A DNA stretch of 64,000 nt from a virus. Position 1 is the first letter of the stretch. Every line of letters begins with the position of its first letter. The position numbers and the translations under genes were made by a program. Below, in pieces: positions 36,601-48,448 of the stretch. Location of the stretch: positions 1-64,000 of IMG/VR virus record IMGVR_UViG_3300009152_000039; one strand, written 5' to 3'. Under the pieces are notes generated by a model. The model was not told the DNA's origin and did no database searches. It saw nothing but the letters and a program-made list of their open reading frames with translations.

Positions 36601-39600
36601 ATTAAGGAAGGTGTGTCTAGCGATAATCCAGTGCCTCAAAGAGCATCTGATAAGTCTATGGTTCTAGCCACTATTTTAGTTCCACCTTATCCGTCGCTAT
36701 CTCCCAAGGAAGCCGCAAGGGTACAAAAGCCAGGGAATTCTACTCTGGTTCGAACTGATCAGGTGCAGCGCTACACCATGAAGGACATCAGGCAAATTGA
36801 AGCTAGATTAAAAAGTCTAGAATATTATTCACTGTTAAACACTCTCGAAAAAAATACAAAAGATCTTGTTATTCCTAGTGAATCAAACACATCAATATCA
36901 AGATTCAAGAATGGTTTTTTTGTAGATCCTTTGAACAACTATGATGTTGCTAATGTGAGTGATAAGGAGTTTAAATTCTTAATTGATACAAGAAGATCGT
37001 TTGGAACAGCCCCTATTGAACATACATTGCTAGATTTGACTTTTGACAGTGCTTCATCCAGCAACTACAAAAATACAGGTGATTATGTTTTTCTTGACTA
37101 TACAGACACAGTAGCTCTGACACAACCCTTAGCTACTAGATTTAGAAATCTTTCTGCCTTAGCGTGGTCTTATAACGGGGAATTAAAATTATTCCCCGAA
37201 TACGATAATTATTATGATACAGAACAGCAATCTATAAGCTTCACTGTTGATCTAGCCACGCCAATTAACGCTTTGATTGATGCAATTAATGAAAACAAAA
37301 AAAAGAACGTAAAAACTATCACTAAAATATCAAATACCAATTGGGCGAATGTTGGAGGATCGTATACAGGTACTAGTAATTTTGCAACAACTGGCGGTGG
37401 ATCAACAGCACAGGACCAAACTTTAACATCTGTAAAAAAAATTACTACAACCACAGAACAAATACAGTCTGGAGCAACGACTGATGATACTAAAAAAATT
37501 GGTGACTTTACAGCTATATCAGACTTCAACCCGTTCATACGTTCACAGCAGATATCATTCTGTGTAGTTGGTTTGAGACCAGGTGCTAGACACTATGTTT
37601 ATTTTGATAAGATTCGTGTAGACAATGCTTATACAGAAAGTGGAACTGGCGCTGTATTCCTAGGAGCAAGACCTGGTGAGATTCCTCTATCTTCAACAAA
37701 TAACACAATAAGATTAGATCTTAACAACAATTTCAGCTATACTGATGTTCGTGGCACTCAATTAGTTGCCAATAGTTCTGGTGGTTTGGCAGGAGACTTT
37801 TGGATTCCAGCTGGAAGGTTTTTTGTTGGTCAGCGTGAAGTTTTGATTACTGACGTTGATGATATTGAAAGTTCTGATACCTCAATATCGACAGCATCTG
37901 TTTTCTTCAACGCGTATAATTTCAAGAAGACAGATGTATCGCTAACTATGGGGACAAAAACAGTTTCTAAAGTAGAAAATACAAAAGTTGTTACATCTTT
38001 CTCAACCACTACTACCGTATACAGGACGAGAAGATGGGATCCTCTGGCTCAGACGTTTAATATTAACTTCAATGATGGTAGTGATGGGTGCTTTGTAACT
38101 AAGGTAGATTTATTTTTCAAATCAAAAAGCAGTGATAAATTCCTAACGGTAGCCATCAGAGAAACAGAAAATGGATATCCAGCTGCTACTACAATTGCCA
38201 GGAAAATACTCCAGCCATCTGAAGTTAATGTTAGTGATGATGGTCAGACTGTGACAACTGTAACATTTGATACGCCAGTCTTTTTAAGAAATAATAAGGA
38301 TTATGCTCTTATTTTATCACCTGATGCAAACTCTCCTGATTATCTTGTGTGGACAGCTGAATTAGGTCAGCCTGATGTCTTTACAAATCAAATTGACAAT
38401 GGTGACTTTGGTGTTGGTGTACTCTTTATATCATCTAACGACAAGGTATGGACTCCAATTCAAACAGAAGATTTGAAAGCAACGTGGTATTTTGCTAAGT
38501 TTACACAGACATCCGCAACTGCTGTGTTTAAAAATGCTGACTATGAATTCCTTACCCTATCAGGAACAGAAGGAAGTTTTCTTGGGGATGAAGCAGTTGC
38601 TCAGAAAGCAAGCTCCTACATTACTGGAGCAACTATAACAAGTAACACAACCAGTAAAGTGGTCACTAGTAGTGTTTCACTCACATCTTCGCTCTCTGCT
38701 GGCGACAGCTTGTTGTTTATATTTGGAAGTAGCAAGACTGCTGCTAAGACTGGTACAGTTTCTAATACCACGCTTACGACACTAACTGGAACCGGTACTA
38801 CATTCAGTGCAGATTATGCTGCTGGTGATTATATTCTAATTGCAAACGATGTGCGTGAAGTACAGTCTGTTGCTAACAACACACAGCTTGTTTTGGATGC
38901 TGCTCTGAGCTCATCGGCTTCTGGGGCTGCTCATTATGGCATCACAGAATCGTATCAAGTAAACAAAGTTATATCAGCAAATGCAACATCAATTGTTTGC
39001 AAGGATAATCTTCAGCTGGGTATCAATAATTCGACTGTTTACGGTAGTATCCAGAAGGTTGTGAGTGGCCGAACGTATAGAGAGAGTGTTAATGACAGAG
39101 TAATTATTACTAACTCAAATGCTGCAAATACGACTTTCTTATTTGAAGCAGCCAAAAAGATTGTAGGGTCAACTTCAAAAGCAACTGCTACGATCGCTTC
39201 AGTAGACGACTACACGGTCAACTATATTGAGCCTCACGTGTCAACAATTACTCCTGTCTCAACAGAGGTTACTTTATCACAGAGTATTGTTGGCACAAGT
39301 GCAGCTGCTTCTAATCAGAATATTTTGTTTGGTATTTCTAACAAGACTAATTATGAAGCTGAAATAAGATCCAGGAGTAATGAGATTTCGACTTATAGTG
39401 GTCAAAAGTCTCTGACCTTAACAGCTACTATGAACAGAAATAGTTCAAATGTGGTATCTAATAAGGTAAGTCCTGTAATTGACATCAGTCCAGTTAGTGT
39501 TGTTGCTATTAATAACAAAATTAACAACTTGAGTACAGGTGAGACTGGCAGATATGGCAATTCATTGGTTAAATATGTGTCTAAGACAGTAACTCTTGCT

Positions 39601-40245
39601 GATGGTCTGGATGCAGAGGATATGAAGTTTTACGTAACCGCATATAAGCCATCAGGTACAAGTGTATTAGTATATGGTAAGATGTTGAGCAATGATGATG
39701 CTACACCATTTGAAAATAGAGATTGGACACTATTATCTCAGAACACAGAAGCTGGTCTTTTTAGTGATCTAGGTAATGATGAAGATTACATTGAGTATGA
39801 GTATAGTGTGCCGCTGTCCCCACCCTCCACAAGGAAGAGTGGTATAGTTGGAACAAACAGCAACACAACTGTTACTGGAACATCAACAACGTTCTCAGCC
39901 GACTTTGCTGCAGGTGATCTAATTAAGATTGTTAATACTGATTCTAATACTGATTATGAAATTAATGTAGTATCAGCTGTTGGTAATAATACATCTTTGA
40001 CGGTATCTAGTGCATCAGGGCCGTACACAAATACAACCGCAACTGGATTTATTGTTGAGAAGGTGGATCAGCCTAAAGCAGCATTCAAATATGCAAAGGA
40101 TAGTAGAATTGTGAGGTATTATGATGCAGTTCAATCTGCTCATACAATGTACAAGATATTTGCAATCAAAGTTGTATTACTATCTGATAGCACTCAGAAT
40201 GTTCCCAAAATTAAAGACATTAGAGCGTTGGCAGTCTCGGTATGA
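33655..40245 (+). CDS. large virion structural protein (VrlC/DUF4815-like)
   Basis: NVSPYFDDY..KNYHRILFRP..QARELTQLQTILQNQVE, APGAHRLK, RYTMKDI..LEYY, RFKNGFFVD, DPLAQTF. Confidence 0.85.
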   Translation: MASLDTNFNVSPYFDDYDQEKNYHRILFRPAVPIQARELTQLQTILQNQVERFGDNIYKQGTIIQGCTFSYDYNYQYIKIKDLQGDGQTVIPSDYLNLYATDLSTNLNAIVVNYTNGLESQDPDTNILYVKYLNTGTAQQKKFSNNSTITLFNQDYRLDSVRIDGGGTSYTNNDFLIFTGGSGTGAAANVITYSNGTIRSFSFSAYGNGYITAPTVTVNTSTGSGASLAALNYIAEVTVANNLFVANTTSSGINVATTPVGTGTAVIVSDGIIYQKGHFVRVEEQTVIVDKFTTNPNNVVLGFYTQESIVNSSVDSTLLDNAQGYSNYTAPGAHRLKLTPQIQVLNKEDAQANSEFFKLVEFENGRVTKRKTETEFNSIDRKLSQRTAEESGDYVVSPFTINTEDIAGSTNQIKVVISSGIAYVDGQRIETNDSTRLTARQGIDTSIALNQTIKTNYGNYVLINEAHGVFNFTSGGTVNLRNTAATDVTDNFAGAPTTPGSIIGTAKMRSLEYDSGTIGTPSAVYRLYLFGIVMSSGQSFSQVRSVQSSGSVADVVLNTSGTADLKDTTYDTLVFPSGYNSVKSVSNADFIYRTVAANTLTTNGNTTIELTGTYDYFPYTFNSSLNEIEERDFIVIPTANAIGSTNLSGTVTSSGNVITGTTTSFATQLVAGDYVKFSSNTTIFRVNSITNATSFAVNGTTGPAVTANTLTLAFPANVPIRLDRTGANVQIDSTGKRAYVYIGNTITGTAAVSIIHNVKVSPNTSVSIHKVKTVNKSVYVKLSTAQLTSTTTGPWCLGIPDAYKLNAVYVGTSNTYSNTTTNYASSFELVTGQTDNIYGLSYLKYSPGSTLSLTGSSCLLVSVDCFTHATGYYISTNSYPVNDSNTYNSATNIKTIDIPTFKSPKTGSISSLRDVIDFRPIVANTANVSATAVSGATVDPVTTETITGSTYFPTPNETFEADVERYLARSDLILLDRNENIIIKEGVSSDNPVPQRASDKSMVLATILVPPYPSLSPKEAARVQKPGNSTLVRTDQVQRYTMKDIRQIEARLKSLEYYSLLNTLEKNTKDLVIPSESNTSISRFKNGFFVDPLNNYDVANVSDKEFKFLIDTRRSFGTAPIEHTLLDLTFDSASSSNYKNTGDYVFLDYTDTVALTQPLATRFRNLSALAWSYNGELKLFPEYDNYYDTEQQSISFTVDLATPINALIDAINENKKKNVKTITKISNTNWANVGGSYTGTSNFATTGGGSTAQDQTLTSVKKITTTTEQIQSGATTDDTKKIGDFTAISDFNPFIRSQQISFCVVGLRPGARHYVYFDKIRVDNAYTESGTGAVFLGARPGEIPLSSTNNTIRLDLNNNFSYTDVRGTQLVANSSGGLAGDFWIPAGRFFVGQREVLITDVDDIESSDTSISTASVFFNAYNFKKTDVSLTMGTKTVSKVENTKVVTSFSTTTTVYRTRRWDPLAQTFNINFNDGSDGCFVTKVDLFFKSKSSDKFLTVAIRETENGYPAATTIARKILQPSEVNVSDDGQTVTTVTFDTPVFLRNNKDYALILSPDANSPDYLVWTAELGQPDVFTNQIDNGDFGVGVLFISSNDKVWTPIQTEDLKATWYFAKFTQTSATAVFKNADYEFLTLSGTEGSFLGDEAVAQKASSYITGATITSNTTSKVVTSSVSLTSSLSAGDSLLFIFGSSKTAAKTGTVSNTTLTTLTGTGTTFSADYAAGDYILIANDVREVQSVANNTQLVLDAALSSSASGAAHYGITESYQVNKVISANATSIVCKDNLQLGINNSTVYGSIQKVVSGRTYRESVNDRVIITNSNAANTTFLFEAAKKIVGSTSKATATIASVDDYTVNYIEPHVSTITPVSTEVTLSQSIVGTSAAASNQNILFGISNKTNYEAEIRSRSNEISTYSGQKSLTLTATMNRNSSNVVSNKVSPVIDISPVSVVAINNKINNLSTGETGRYGNSLVKYVSKTVTLADGLDAEDMKFYVTAYKPSGTSVLVYGKMLSNDDATPFENRDWTLLSQNTEAGLFSDLGNDEDYIEYEYSVPLSPPSTRKSGIVGTNSNTTVTGTSTTFSADFAAGDLIKIVNTDSNTDYEINVVSAVGNNTSLTVSSASGPYTNTTATGFIVEKVDQPKAAFKYAKDSRIVRYYDAVQSAHTMYKIFAIKVVLLSDSTQNVPKIKDIRALAVSV

Positions 40246-40469
40246 TCGTCAAGACTGAAGATGGTGAATTTAACAGAGATAATAGCAATTTTGCGTTGAT
40301 AAATAGTAACGTGGAAGCTTATAAGCTGTATCAACATCAACGTGCTCAACAAAACGAACACGCCAACCTTCAGCGTCAGATAAACACGCTGAAGGATGAT
40401 ATGACGGACATAAAAAGCATGCTAAAAGTTTTAATTCAGAGAGAAAATAATGGCACTAGCAACGACTAA
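40242..40469 (+). CDS. small coiled-coil virion-associated protein
   Basis: RD..N.ALIN...INTLKDDMTDIKSMLK. Confidence 0.7.
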   Translation: MIVKTEDGEFNRDNSNFALINSNVEAYKLYQHQRAQQNEHANLQRQINTLKDDMTDIKSMLKVLIQRENNGTSND

Positions 40470-43425
40470 TGTAGCGGTAACAACAGACACGTTTGAGAAC
40501 TGGCTTGATAAAACCAACACCCTTCTTTATGCGTATTCGACCACCATTGTTACTGCAGCAGCTAACTCTACTGGTGGTGTCACCACTGGCAATGCAACTG
40601 TCAATGGCATCTTTACAGCCAACTCCTTAACGGTCAGTGGAAATTCAACTTTTGGTTTGAGGGGTGGTAATGTAGTCACTGCTAATGTACTTTATATCAC
40701 CAGCAATGTATCTATTGGTAATGCTACTGTTAATACTGTATTCACTACAACCACAATTGATACCGATCTAGCCTTAACTGTGCTAGGAGCAACTACATTA
40801 TCCAACAGCTTGTCGGTTACAGGCAACACTACTCTGACTGGTAATGCTACATTAAGTGGCACTCTTCAAACCATAGCAGGTAATGTCAATATTGATACAG
40901 GAACATTGTTTGTTGATGCTACTAATAACAGAGTAGGTATCAATAACTCAGCTCCAGGAGTTGCTTTACGAGTAACAGGTGATGCTGATATTAGTGCTAC
41001 AGCTAATATTCAAGGCAATGCTAATGTTGGAGGTATATTTGGTGTAGTAGGAAACACTACTCTGAACGGTGCCCTTCAAACCATAGCAGGCAATGTTAAT
41101 ATTGATGCTGGAACATTGTTTGTTGATGCTACCAATAACAGAGTAGGTATTAATAACACCGCTCCTGGAGTCGCTCTAAGAGTAACTGGTGCGGCTGATA
41201 TTAGTTTAGCAGCAAACATTCAAGGTAATGCTAACGTAGGTGGTACGTTAGGAGTGGTCGGTGCTGCAACAATCACTGGTACATCCACTTTGACTGGTAA
41301 TGTTACCATGAGTGGTGCTCTTCAAACAATATCAGGCAATGTTAACATTGATACTGGAACGTTGTTTGTCGATGGTACTAATAATAGAGTAGGTGTTAAT
41401 AACACCACTCCTGGTGTTGCTTTAGAGGTTACCGGTGCAGCTAATGTATCCACCAGTGTTAACTCGGCACTACTAACTGTTGGTACGTCATTCATTGCAA
41501 ACACTACTGGTGCCTATCATACTGGATTAGTTAATGCGGCTAGCTACAACACCACTGGGTTTGTTGCTAATACAACTGCAATTGCACCAACATCCAATAC
41601 AATATTATTAGGCAACTCAATAGGTAGATTTGTACTATCTGCAAATACAGTTGATGCTTCAGGTTTAATTACTGGTGGTGCTGGTGCAACAATTACTGGT
41701 CAGGTGAATGCTAGTACTGGATTCGGATCAGGTACAATCAATGCTACGTCTAATGGACTATTTGCTAATGCTACTACATTATCATTAGGAAACTCATCAG
41801 TAAACGTTGCAATTGCTACTAGCGGTATCACTTCATCTGGTGGAACTGGTGTTAATCCATCATCAAATACTGTTGGTACTGCATTAGGTACGTCTACGCA
41901 GCGTTGGGTACTTAATGCAAACACAATCGATACCTCTGGATTAATTACTGGAGGTGCTGGTGCAACTGTTACTGGTCAAGTAAATGCCAGTACCGGATTT
42001 GGTTCTGGTACAATTAATGCAACATCTAACGGATTGTTTGCCAATTCTACTACAATATCGTTAGGAAACTCATCAGTGAACGTTGCTATAACAACCGCTG
42101 GCATAACTTCAGCCGGTGGTACTGGTGTCAATCCATCATCAAATTTGGTTGGTACAATATTAGGTACATCAACACAACGTTGGGTACTGAATGCAAACAG
42201 TGCTTCTTTTTCTGGTGCAGTATCAGGTATAACAACCTTGGCTACAGGTAATACAACAATAACAGGATTTGCTAACGTATCTAGTACAATTCAAGGTGGT
42301 TCTAGTTTAGTCATTGCTGGTGCTGCTTCAGGTATTACCACTCTTGCTGCCGGTAATACTGAAATTACTGGATTTGTAAATGCATCCGCTAGTGTATCAG
42401 TAAGTACAATATTTATTGCAAATACCACTGGTGCGTATCATGCCGGATTAATAAATGCAGCTAGTCACACTACTAGTGGATTTGTTGCTAATACGACAGC
42501 CATTGCTCCTACGTCAAATACTATTTTATTAGGTAATTCAATTGGAAGATTTGTACTGTCAGCCAATACAGGTAATTTTAGCGGGCTAATTACTGGTAGT
42601 GCTGGTGCAACTATTACAGGTCAAGTGAATGCGTCTACTGGATTTGGTTCTGGTACAATTAATGCTACGTCAAATGGCTTCTTTGCTAATGATGCTACAG
42701 TATCATTAGGAAATTCTTCTGTTAATGTTGCTATAACGCCATCCACAATTGAGCTAGGAACTCAGTTTGATGCAAACAGTCTAGGGTTGTATCATACTGG
42801 AGTTGTTAATGCTGCTAGCCACTCAACCAGTGGGTTCGTAGCAAATACAACGGTCATTGCTCCAACATCAAATACATTATTATTAGGTAATACAATAGGA
42901 AGATGGGTTATCAGTGCTAATACAGGAGATTTCAGTGGTAGCATGGTTATTGGTGGAGCTGCTAACGTTGGGAGCACATTAAACGTTGTAGGATCTGCTA
43001 ACGTTGGAGGTTCGCTAAATGTTGTAGGTGCTGCTAACGTTGGAAGCGCATTAAGTGTTGTAGGTAACGTTACAATAAATACATTCGCTACAATATTAAC
43101 GCTAGCAAATAACAATCTAGGTGCAAACATTACAGTCCCAGTCACAGCTGTTAGTTTCCCTAAAGCAAACTTTAGGGCTGGTGAATTGATCCTGTATGTT
43201 GTGAAGGGGTCTGAATATCAAATTAGTAAAATATTGTTTGCACATGATGATAATGATGTTAACCAAACAATTTACGGCACGTTAATGGCACCTTCAAGCT
43301 CATCTGAGTTAGCTAACAACATTGTATTGACTGTTAGTACAGCAAATACATCAAACATTGACATTAATATGAGACAAAGAGCAATAAATTCATCTGTTAA
43401 AATTGTAGCAAATATGATTAGCTAA
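40450..43425 (+). CDS. tail fibre protein
   Basis: TDTFENW..KTN N-terminus; LFVDATNNRVGINN repeats; modules shared with other fibres. Confidence 0.75.
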   Translation: MALATTNVAVTTDTFENWLDKTNTLLYAYSTTIVTAAANSTGGVTTGNATVNGIFTANSLTVSGNSTFGLRGGNVVTANVLYITSNVSIGNATVNTVFTTTTIDTDLALTVLGATTLSNSLSVTGNTTLTGNATLSGTLQTIAGNVNIDTGTLFVDATNNRVGINNSAPGVALRVTGDADISATANIQGNANVGGIFGVVGNTTLNGALQTIAGNVNIDAGTLFVDATNNRVGINNTAPGVALRVTGAADISLAANIQGNANVGGTLGVVGAATITGTSTLTGNVTMSGALQTISGNVNIDTGTLFVDGTNNRVGVNNTTPGVALEVTGAANVSTSVNSALLTVGTSFIANTTGAYHTGLVNAASYNTTGFVANTTAIAPTSNTILLGNSIGRFVLSANTVDASGLITGGAGATITGQVNASTGFGSGTINATSNGLFANATTLSLGNSSVNVAIATSGITSSGGTGVNPSSNTVGTALGTSTQRWVLNANTIDTSGLITGGAGATVTGQVNASTGFGSGTINATSNGLFANSTTISLGNSSVNVAITTAGITSAGGTGVNPSSNLVGTILGTSTQRWVLNANSASFSGAVSGITTLATGNTTITGFANVSSTIQGGSSLVIAGAASGITTLAAGNTEITGFVNASASVSVSTIFIANTTGAYHAGLINAASHTTSGFVANTTAIAPTSNTILLGNSIGRFVLSANTGNFSGLITGSAGATITGQVNASTGFGSGTINATSNGFFANDATVSLGNSSVNVAITPSTIELGTQFDANSLGLYHTGVVNAASHSTSGFVANTTVIAPTSNTLLLGNTIGRWVISANTGDFSGSMVIGGAANVGSTLNVVGSANVGGSLNVVGAANVGSALSVVGNVTINTFATILTLANNNLGANITVPVTAVSFPKANFRAGELILYVVKGSEYQISKILFAHDDNDVNQTIYGTLMAPSSSSELANNIVLTVSTANTSNIDINMRQRAINSSVKIVANMIS

Positions 43426-43437
43426 GGAAAAAGTTAG

Positions 43438-46400
43438 ATGGCAACTGCAAATAGTAAGTTAAAGATTGATCATGGGTTTGATGCTCGAGGTACCAGCAAT
43501 GTTGTTGGGGACATGGAGGTTACTGGGTCTCTTTCGGTTGGTGGAAATTTAACTTTCACAGGAACTACTACTGGTAATTTCATTCCCGACCAAGATCAAC
43601 GCTCTTTAGGTAACACTACAAATAGATGGAATCTTCAAGGCTACATTGCAAATGTGGGTAGCACTCTTACAGTAGCTGGAGCTACTTCACTACAAGATAC
43701 GCTAGCAGTTACAAAAACTATCAGCGGTGGTAACACTACAATAACAGGCTTTGCCAATGTAACAACCAGTGTTAACTCTGCATCCCTGACAGTCGGGGCT
43801 GACTTCATAGCTAATACTACTGGTGCGTACCATACTGGTATTATTAATGCTGCTTCACACAACTCAACCGGATATGTTGCCAATACCACAGGTGTATACC
43901 ACACTGGTGTTATTAATGCAGCTTCATTTACAACTACTGGTTTAAGAGCAAACACAACAGCGCTAGTTCCCACTTCAAACACTATTCTACTAGGCAACCC
44001 AATTGGTAGATTTGTATTATCGGCTAATACAATTGATGCATCTGGTTTAATTACTGGAGGTGCTGGTGCGACAATTACAGGTCAAGTAAATGCAACAACC
44101 GGTTTTGGTTCCGGAACTATCAATGCAACTTCTAATGGATTCTTTGCCAGTGCTACCACACTATCAATAGGCAATTCATCTGTCAATGTTGCTATAACAC
44201 CATCAACTATTGAATTAGGTACTCAGTTTGATGCAAATAGTACAGGAGTATACCATACGGGTACTGTGAATGCTGCTAGCCATACTACTAGTGGATTTGT
44301 TGCTAATACGATAGCCATTGCTCCAACTTCTAATACGATTCTATTAGGTAATTCAATTGGAAGATTTGTACTATCGGCTAATACAATTGATGCATCAGGA
44401 TTAATTACTGGAGGTGCTGGTGCGACAATTACAGGTCAAGTAAATGCTAGTACCGGATTTGGTTCTGGAACAATTAATGCAACTTCTAATGGGTTGATAG
44501 CTAATAGCACGACTGTAACAGTTGGCAACTCAACAGTTAACGTTGCTATAACAACAGCCGGTATCACTTCATCTGGTGGAACTGGTGTTAATCCATCATC
44601 AAATACAGTTGGCACTGCATTAGGTACCACTAATCAGCGTTGGGTCATTAACGCAAATACTATTAATGCGTCAGGGTTGATTACTGCATCTGCCGGAGCT
44701 AATATTCAAGGCACAGCTAACCTGGTGGATGTTAATATCTCTGGTAACTTAACAGTTTCTGGCACCACGACATACATCAATACTACCAACTTAACGTTGG
44801 AGATAACATTGTTACCCTTAATGCTGATCTTCCCGGAGCAACAGCACCAACGGAAAATGCTGGTATTGAAGTTAATCGTGGTAGTGCAGCTAATGTAAGT
44901 TTCTTATGGAATGAAACATCGGATTCTTGGACTGCAGGCAACAATGATATTACAGGGTATGCTAACGTATCTGTTAGTGTTAACTCAGCTCTCTTTACTG
45001 TTGGTGCTAACCTCATTGCCAATACTCTTGGAGTATATCATACAGGTATAATTAATGCAGTTAGCCACACTACTAGTGGGTTTGTTGCAAACACAACTGC
45101 TATTGCTCCTACGTCAAATACAATATTATTAGGCAACTCAATTGGTAGATTTGTACTATCGGCTAACACAGGTGATTTTAGTACGAGTATTGGATCCGGA
45201 ACCATTAATGCAACCTCTAATGGATTATTTGCTAATTCAACTACTATATCATTAGGAAACTCTTCGGTTAATGTTGCTATAACACCATCAACTATTGAAT
45301 TAGGTACTCAGTTTGATGCTAATAGTACAGGACTATATCATACTGGATTAGTAAATGCAGCATCGCATACAGTTGGATCCAACTTCATTGCTAATACAAC
45401 AGGTGCTTACCATACCGGGCTAGTAAACGCAGCTAGTCACACTACTAGTGGATTTGTTGCTAATACAACAGCCATTGCACCAACATCAAATACAATATTA
45501 CTAGGCAATACAATAGGTAGATTCGTACTATCAGCTAACACGATTGATACTTCTGGATTAATTACAGGTGGTGCCGGTGCAACTATTACCGGTCAGGTTA
45601 ATGCTAGTACTGGATTTGGTTCAGGTACAATTAATGCAACCTCAAATGGATTATTTGCTAATGCTACCACTATATCATTAGGAAACTCATCTGTCAACGT
45701 TGCTATTACAACAGCTGGTATCACTTCATCTGGTGGAACTGGTGTTAATCCATCTTCAAATACAGTTGGTACAATATTAGGTACAACTACACAACGTTGG
45801 ATAATAACGGCAAACTCGTTTACTACATCTGGATCTGGTTCTGTTGGTACCACTCTATCAGCTGGTAATACTGAAATAACTGGGTATGCTAATGCCTCAG
45901 TTAGTGTCAATTCTGCGTCATTAACTGTCGGTAGTTCATTCATTGCTAATACTACAGGAGCATATCATACCGGTATTGTTAACGCAGCATCACATGCTAC
46001 TAGTGGATTCGTAGCAAATACAACAGCTATTGCTCCAACGTCAAATACTATATTATTAGGTAATTCAATAGGAAGATTTGTACTTTCGGCTAACACAGGT
46101 GATTTTAGTACGAGTATTGGATCTGGAACTATTAATGCAACTTCTAATGGATTATTTGCTAACGCTACAACAATATCTTTAGGTAATTCATCAGTTAACG
46201 TTGCTATAACAACAGCTGGTATCACTTCATCAGGTGGAACTGGTGTCAATCCATCTTCAAATACGGTTGGTACTGCATTAGGTACAACTACACAGCGTTG
46301 GGTACTTAATGCAAATACAGGATCTTTTGCTGGAGCTGTTTCCGGAATCACTACGTTAGCAGCAGGCAATACAACAATTACTGGATTTGTAAATGCGTCC

Positions 46401-47834
46401 GCTAGTGTATCAGTGGGTACTACGTTTATTGCTAACACAACGGCAGTTGCTGTTACTACTCCTCTTACAGCAAATGCAACTACTGGAACCTCTGGTCAAG
46501 CTCTGTTATCTAACGGTACAGTAGGATCTCCTTATTGGGGGACAGTGTTGTCCTCGGTAGGTGCAACGTATGTTCAGAATACTGACTCGAGAACTCTATC
46601 AGGTAATCTACAAATATCAGGTACCTATTTTAACCCTAGTTCAAATACCATATTGCTAGGCAATACAACGCAGCGTTGGGTAGTCAGTGCTAATACAATT
46701 GATGCCTCTGGAGTTGTTAACGCAGCGTCACATACAGTTGGATCAAACTTTATTGCTAACTCTATAGCAATCGTAGGAACTGGATATGCTAATATAACAA
46801 CGTCTGTAAACTCAGCACTTCTAACTGTTGGTGCTGATTTTATTGCTAACAGTACAATGGTTAGACTGGGTAATAACTCCAGCGGAATAATAGTCAATGG
46901 GGATACCAGCCTCAGTGGTCTTGTTGGGTATGTAGGTTTTTCCCAGGAAAAAAGCTTTGCTGTTGATAGCTCTGTAGACGGGATGCAGATTAAGACTAAT
47001 TTCACTAATACAGCTTATGTTTCAAATAGAGCAGTGATTGGAGGTAATTTTAGTACGGTCGGCAGAACTTCATCATCCAATACCCTACTGACCGGTGTTG
47101 TTGATAATGAATTATACGGAGTTTACTCTTCCGCTGATAATGGTACAAATGCGTCTACCAATGCTCGACTTGCAAACTTACAGGCTTTCAGAGCAGTATC
47201 AAGGAATAGGGCTGGTGGTGCTACTGCCAATACAGTTGATAACATGTGGTCATACTACGGGGAGACGATTACTAGCGGCTCATCTGGTATCGTAACCAAT
47301 GCCTATGGTGCGCAGTTAGTTGTTGGCTTCGACACTTCTGGATCCACTGCTAATATTACTACGGCGTATGGAATGTCTGTAAACATACGTTCCAGTTCAA
47401 CAATGACAATAGGCACTGGTTATCTATATAGAGGTACATATACTGGTTCCAACACTACTACTAAGTACGGCATTTACATAACTGGTGAGTCAAACAACTA
47501 CGTTTCAAATAATTTTACAGTTGGTGGTAATGTATATGCTGTTAACTTTAGCGCATCGTCTGACGAAAGATTAAAATCAGATATAGAAATTATTGGAAAT
47601 CCAATTGACAAAATTAGTTCACTTAGAGGAGTCAGCTTTACATATAGAGCTTCTAATACTAGAAGTATTGGTGTAATAGCACAGGATGTTGAAAAACTAC
47701 TGCCTGAACTGGTTGATACTGATGGTGATGGATATAAACGTGTCAATTATGATGGTATCATTGGGGTTTTGATCGAGGCTATTAAAGAACTAAAACAAGA
47801 AATTGAAGAGCTAAAAAATGGCAACCAAAGCTAA
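43438..47834 (+). CDS. long tail fibre with C-terminal S74 chaperone, interrupted by a 1-nt frameshift at ~44793
   Basis: Frame 1 reads to ...TTYINTTNL; the -1 frame continues NVGDNIVTLNAD...ENAGIEVNRG and is open to 47834, ending SDERLKSDI...IGVIAQDVE..LPELV...IEAIKEL. Confidence 0.8.
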
Positions 47835-48147
47835 TATTACAGTAGATCAGGGAACCACGTTCTCCACCACCGTTTACTTGACTGATGATAATGGGGATCC
47901 AATTGATCTGACTGGGTATACAGGAAGATCGCAAATGCGCAAGCATTATACCTCTTCTAATTCACAGAGTTTCAGTGTATCTCTTAGCAATACAGTTGGA
48001 TCAGTGAGTCTTGCGCTAACTGCCGTGCAGACTGCTAATCTTGTAGCTGGAAGATACGTTTATGATGTTGAAGTAGTAAGTAGTACCAATGTAGTATCAA
48101 GAATTATAGAGGGTATTGTAACAGTTACGCCTGAAGTGACACGATAA
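47818..48147 (+). CDS. conserved virion structural protein
   Basis: NITVDQGTTF...DLTGYT..SQMRKHY...GRYVYDVE...RIIEGIVTVTPEVTR. Confidence 0.8.
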   Translation: MATKANITVDQGTTFSTTVYLTDDNGDPIDLTGYTGRSQMRKHYTSSNSQSFSVSLSNTVGSVSLALTAVQTANLVAGRYVYDVEVVSSTNVVSRIIEGIVTVTPEVTR

Positions 48148-48405
48148 ATGGCCATAAACACTGCAACCGTAAGATTAGTTACCGGATCTACTATCCGTGC
48201 TACTATACCTACCTCTGGTGGTCAGATCCAAGCATCTGCACCAGTAACGTTAACTACAAAGCCAAATCGACTTGATATGCTAGATGATGTTATTGAAGGT
48301 TCTCCACCAGATGGAGCTGTTTTGCAGTACCGAGCTTCAGATGATAAATACATTGTACAATCACTACAAATAGGTAACGCTGATCTTGATGGTGGTACCT
48401 TTTGA
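48148..48405 (+). CDS. small fibre-associated protein ending DGGTF
   Basis: LDDV...DGAVLQY...LDGGTF. Confidence 0.7.
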   Translation: MAINTATVRLVTGSTIRATIPTSGGQIQASAPVTLTTKPNRLDMLDDVIEGSPPDGAVLQYRASDDKYIVQSLQIGNADLDGGTF

Positions 48406-48448
48406 ACTAACTTCACATTCTAAAACAACAATAAAACAGGGAATATAG

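Noticed and set aside
44785-44800. Programmed frameshift in the fibre gene
   Set aside because: No X XXY YYZ heptamer or obvious stimulator, so it is reported only as an indel of unknown origin
46413-47834. Stand-alone 473-aa gene in the ORF track
   Set aside because: Its frame is open back to ~44793 with no RBS at the GTG; it is the C-terminal part of the frameshifted gene starting at 43438
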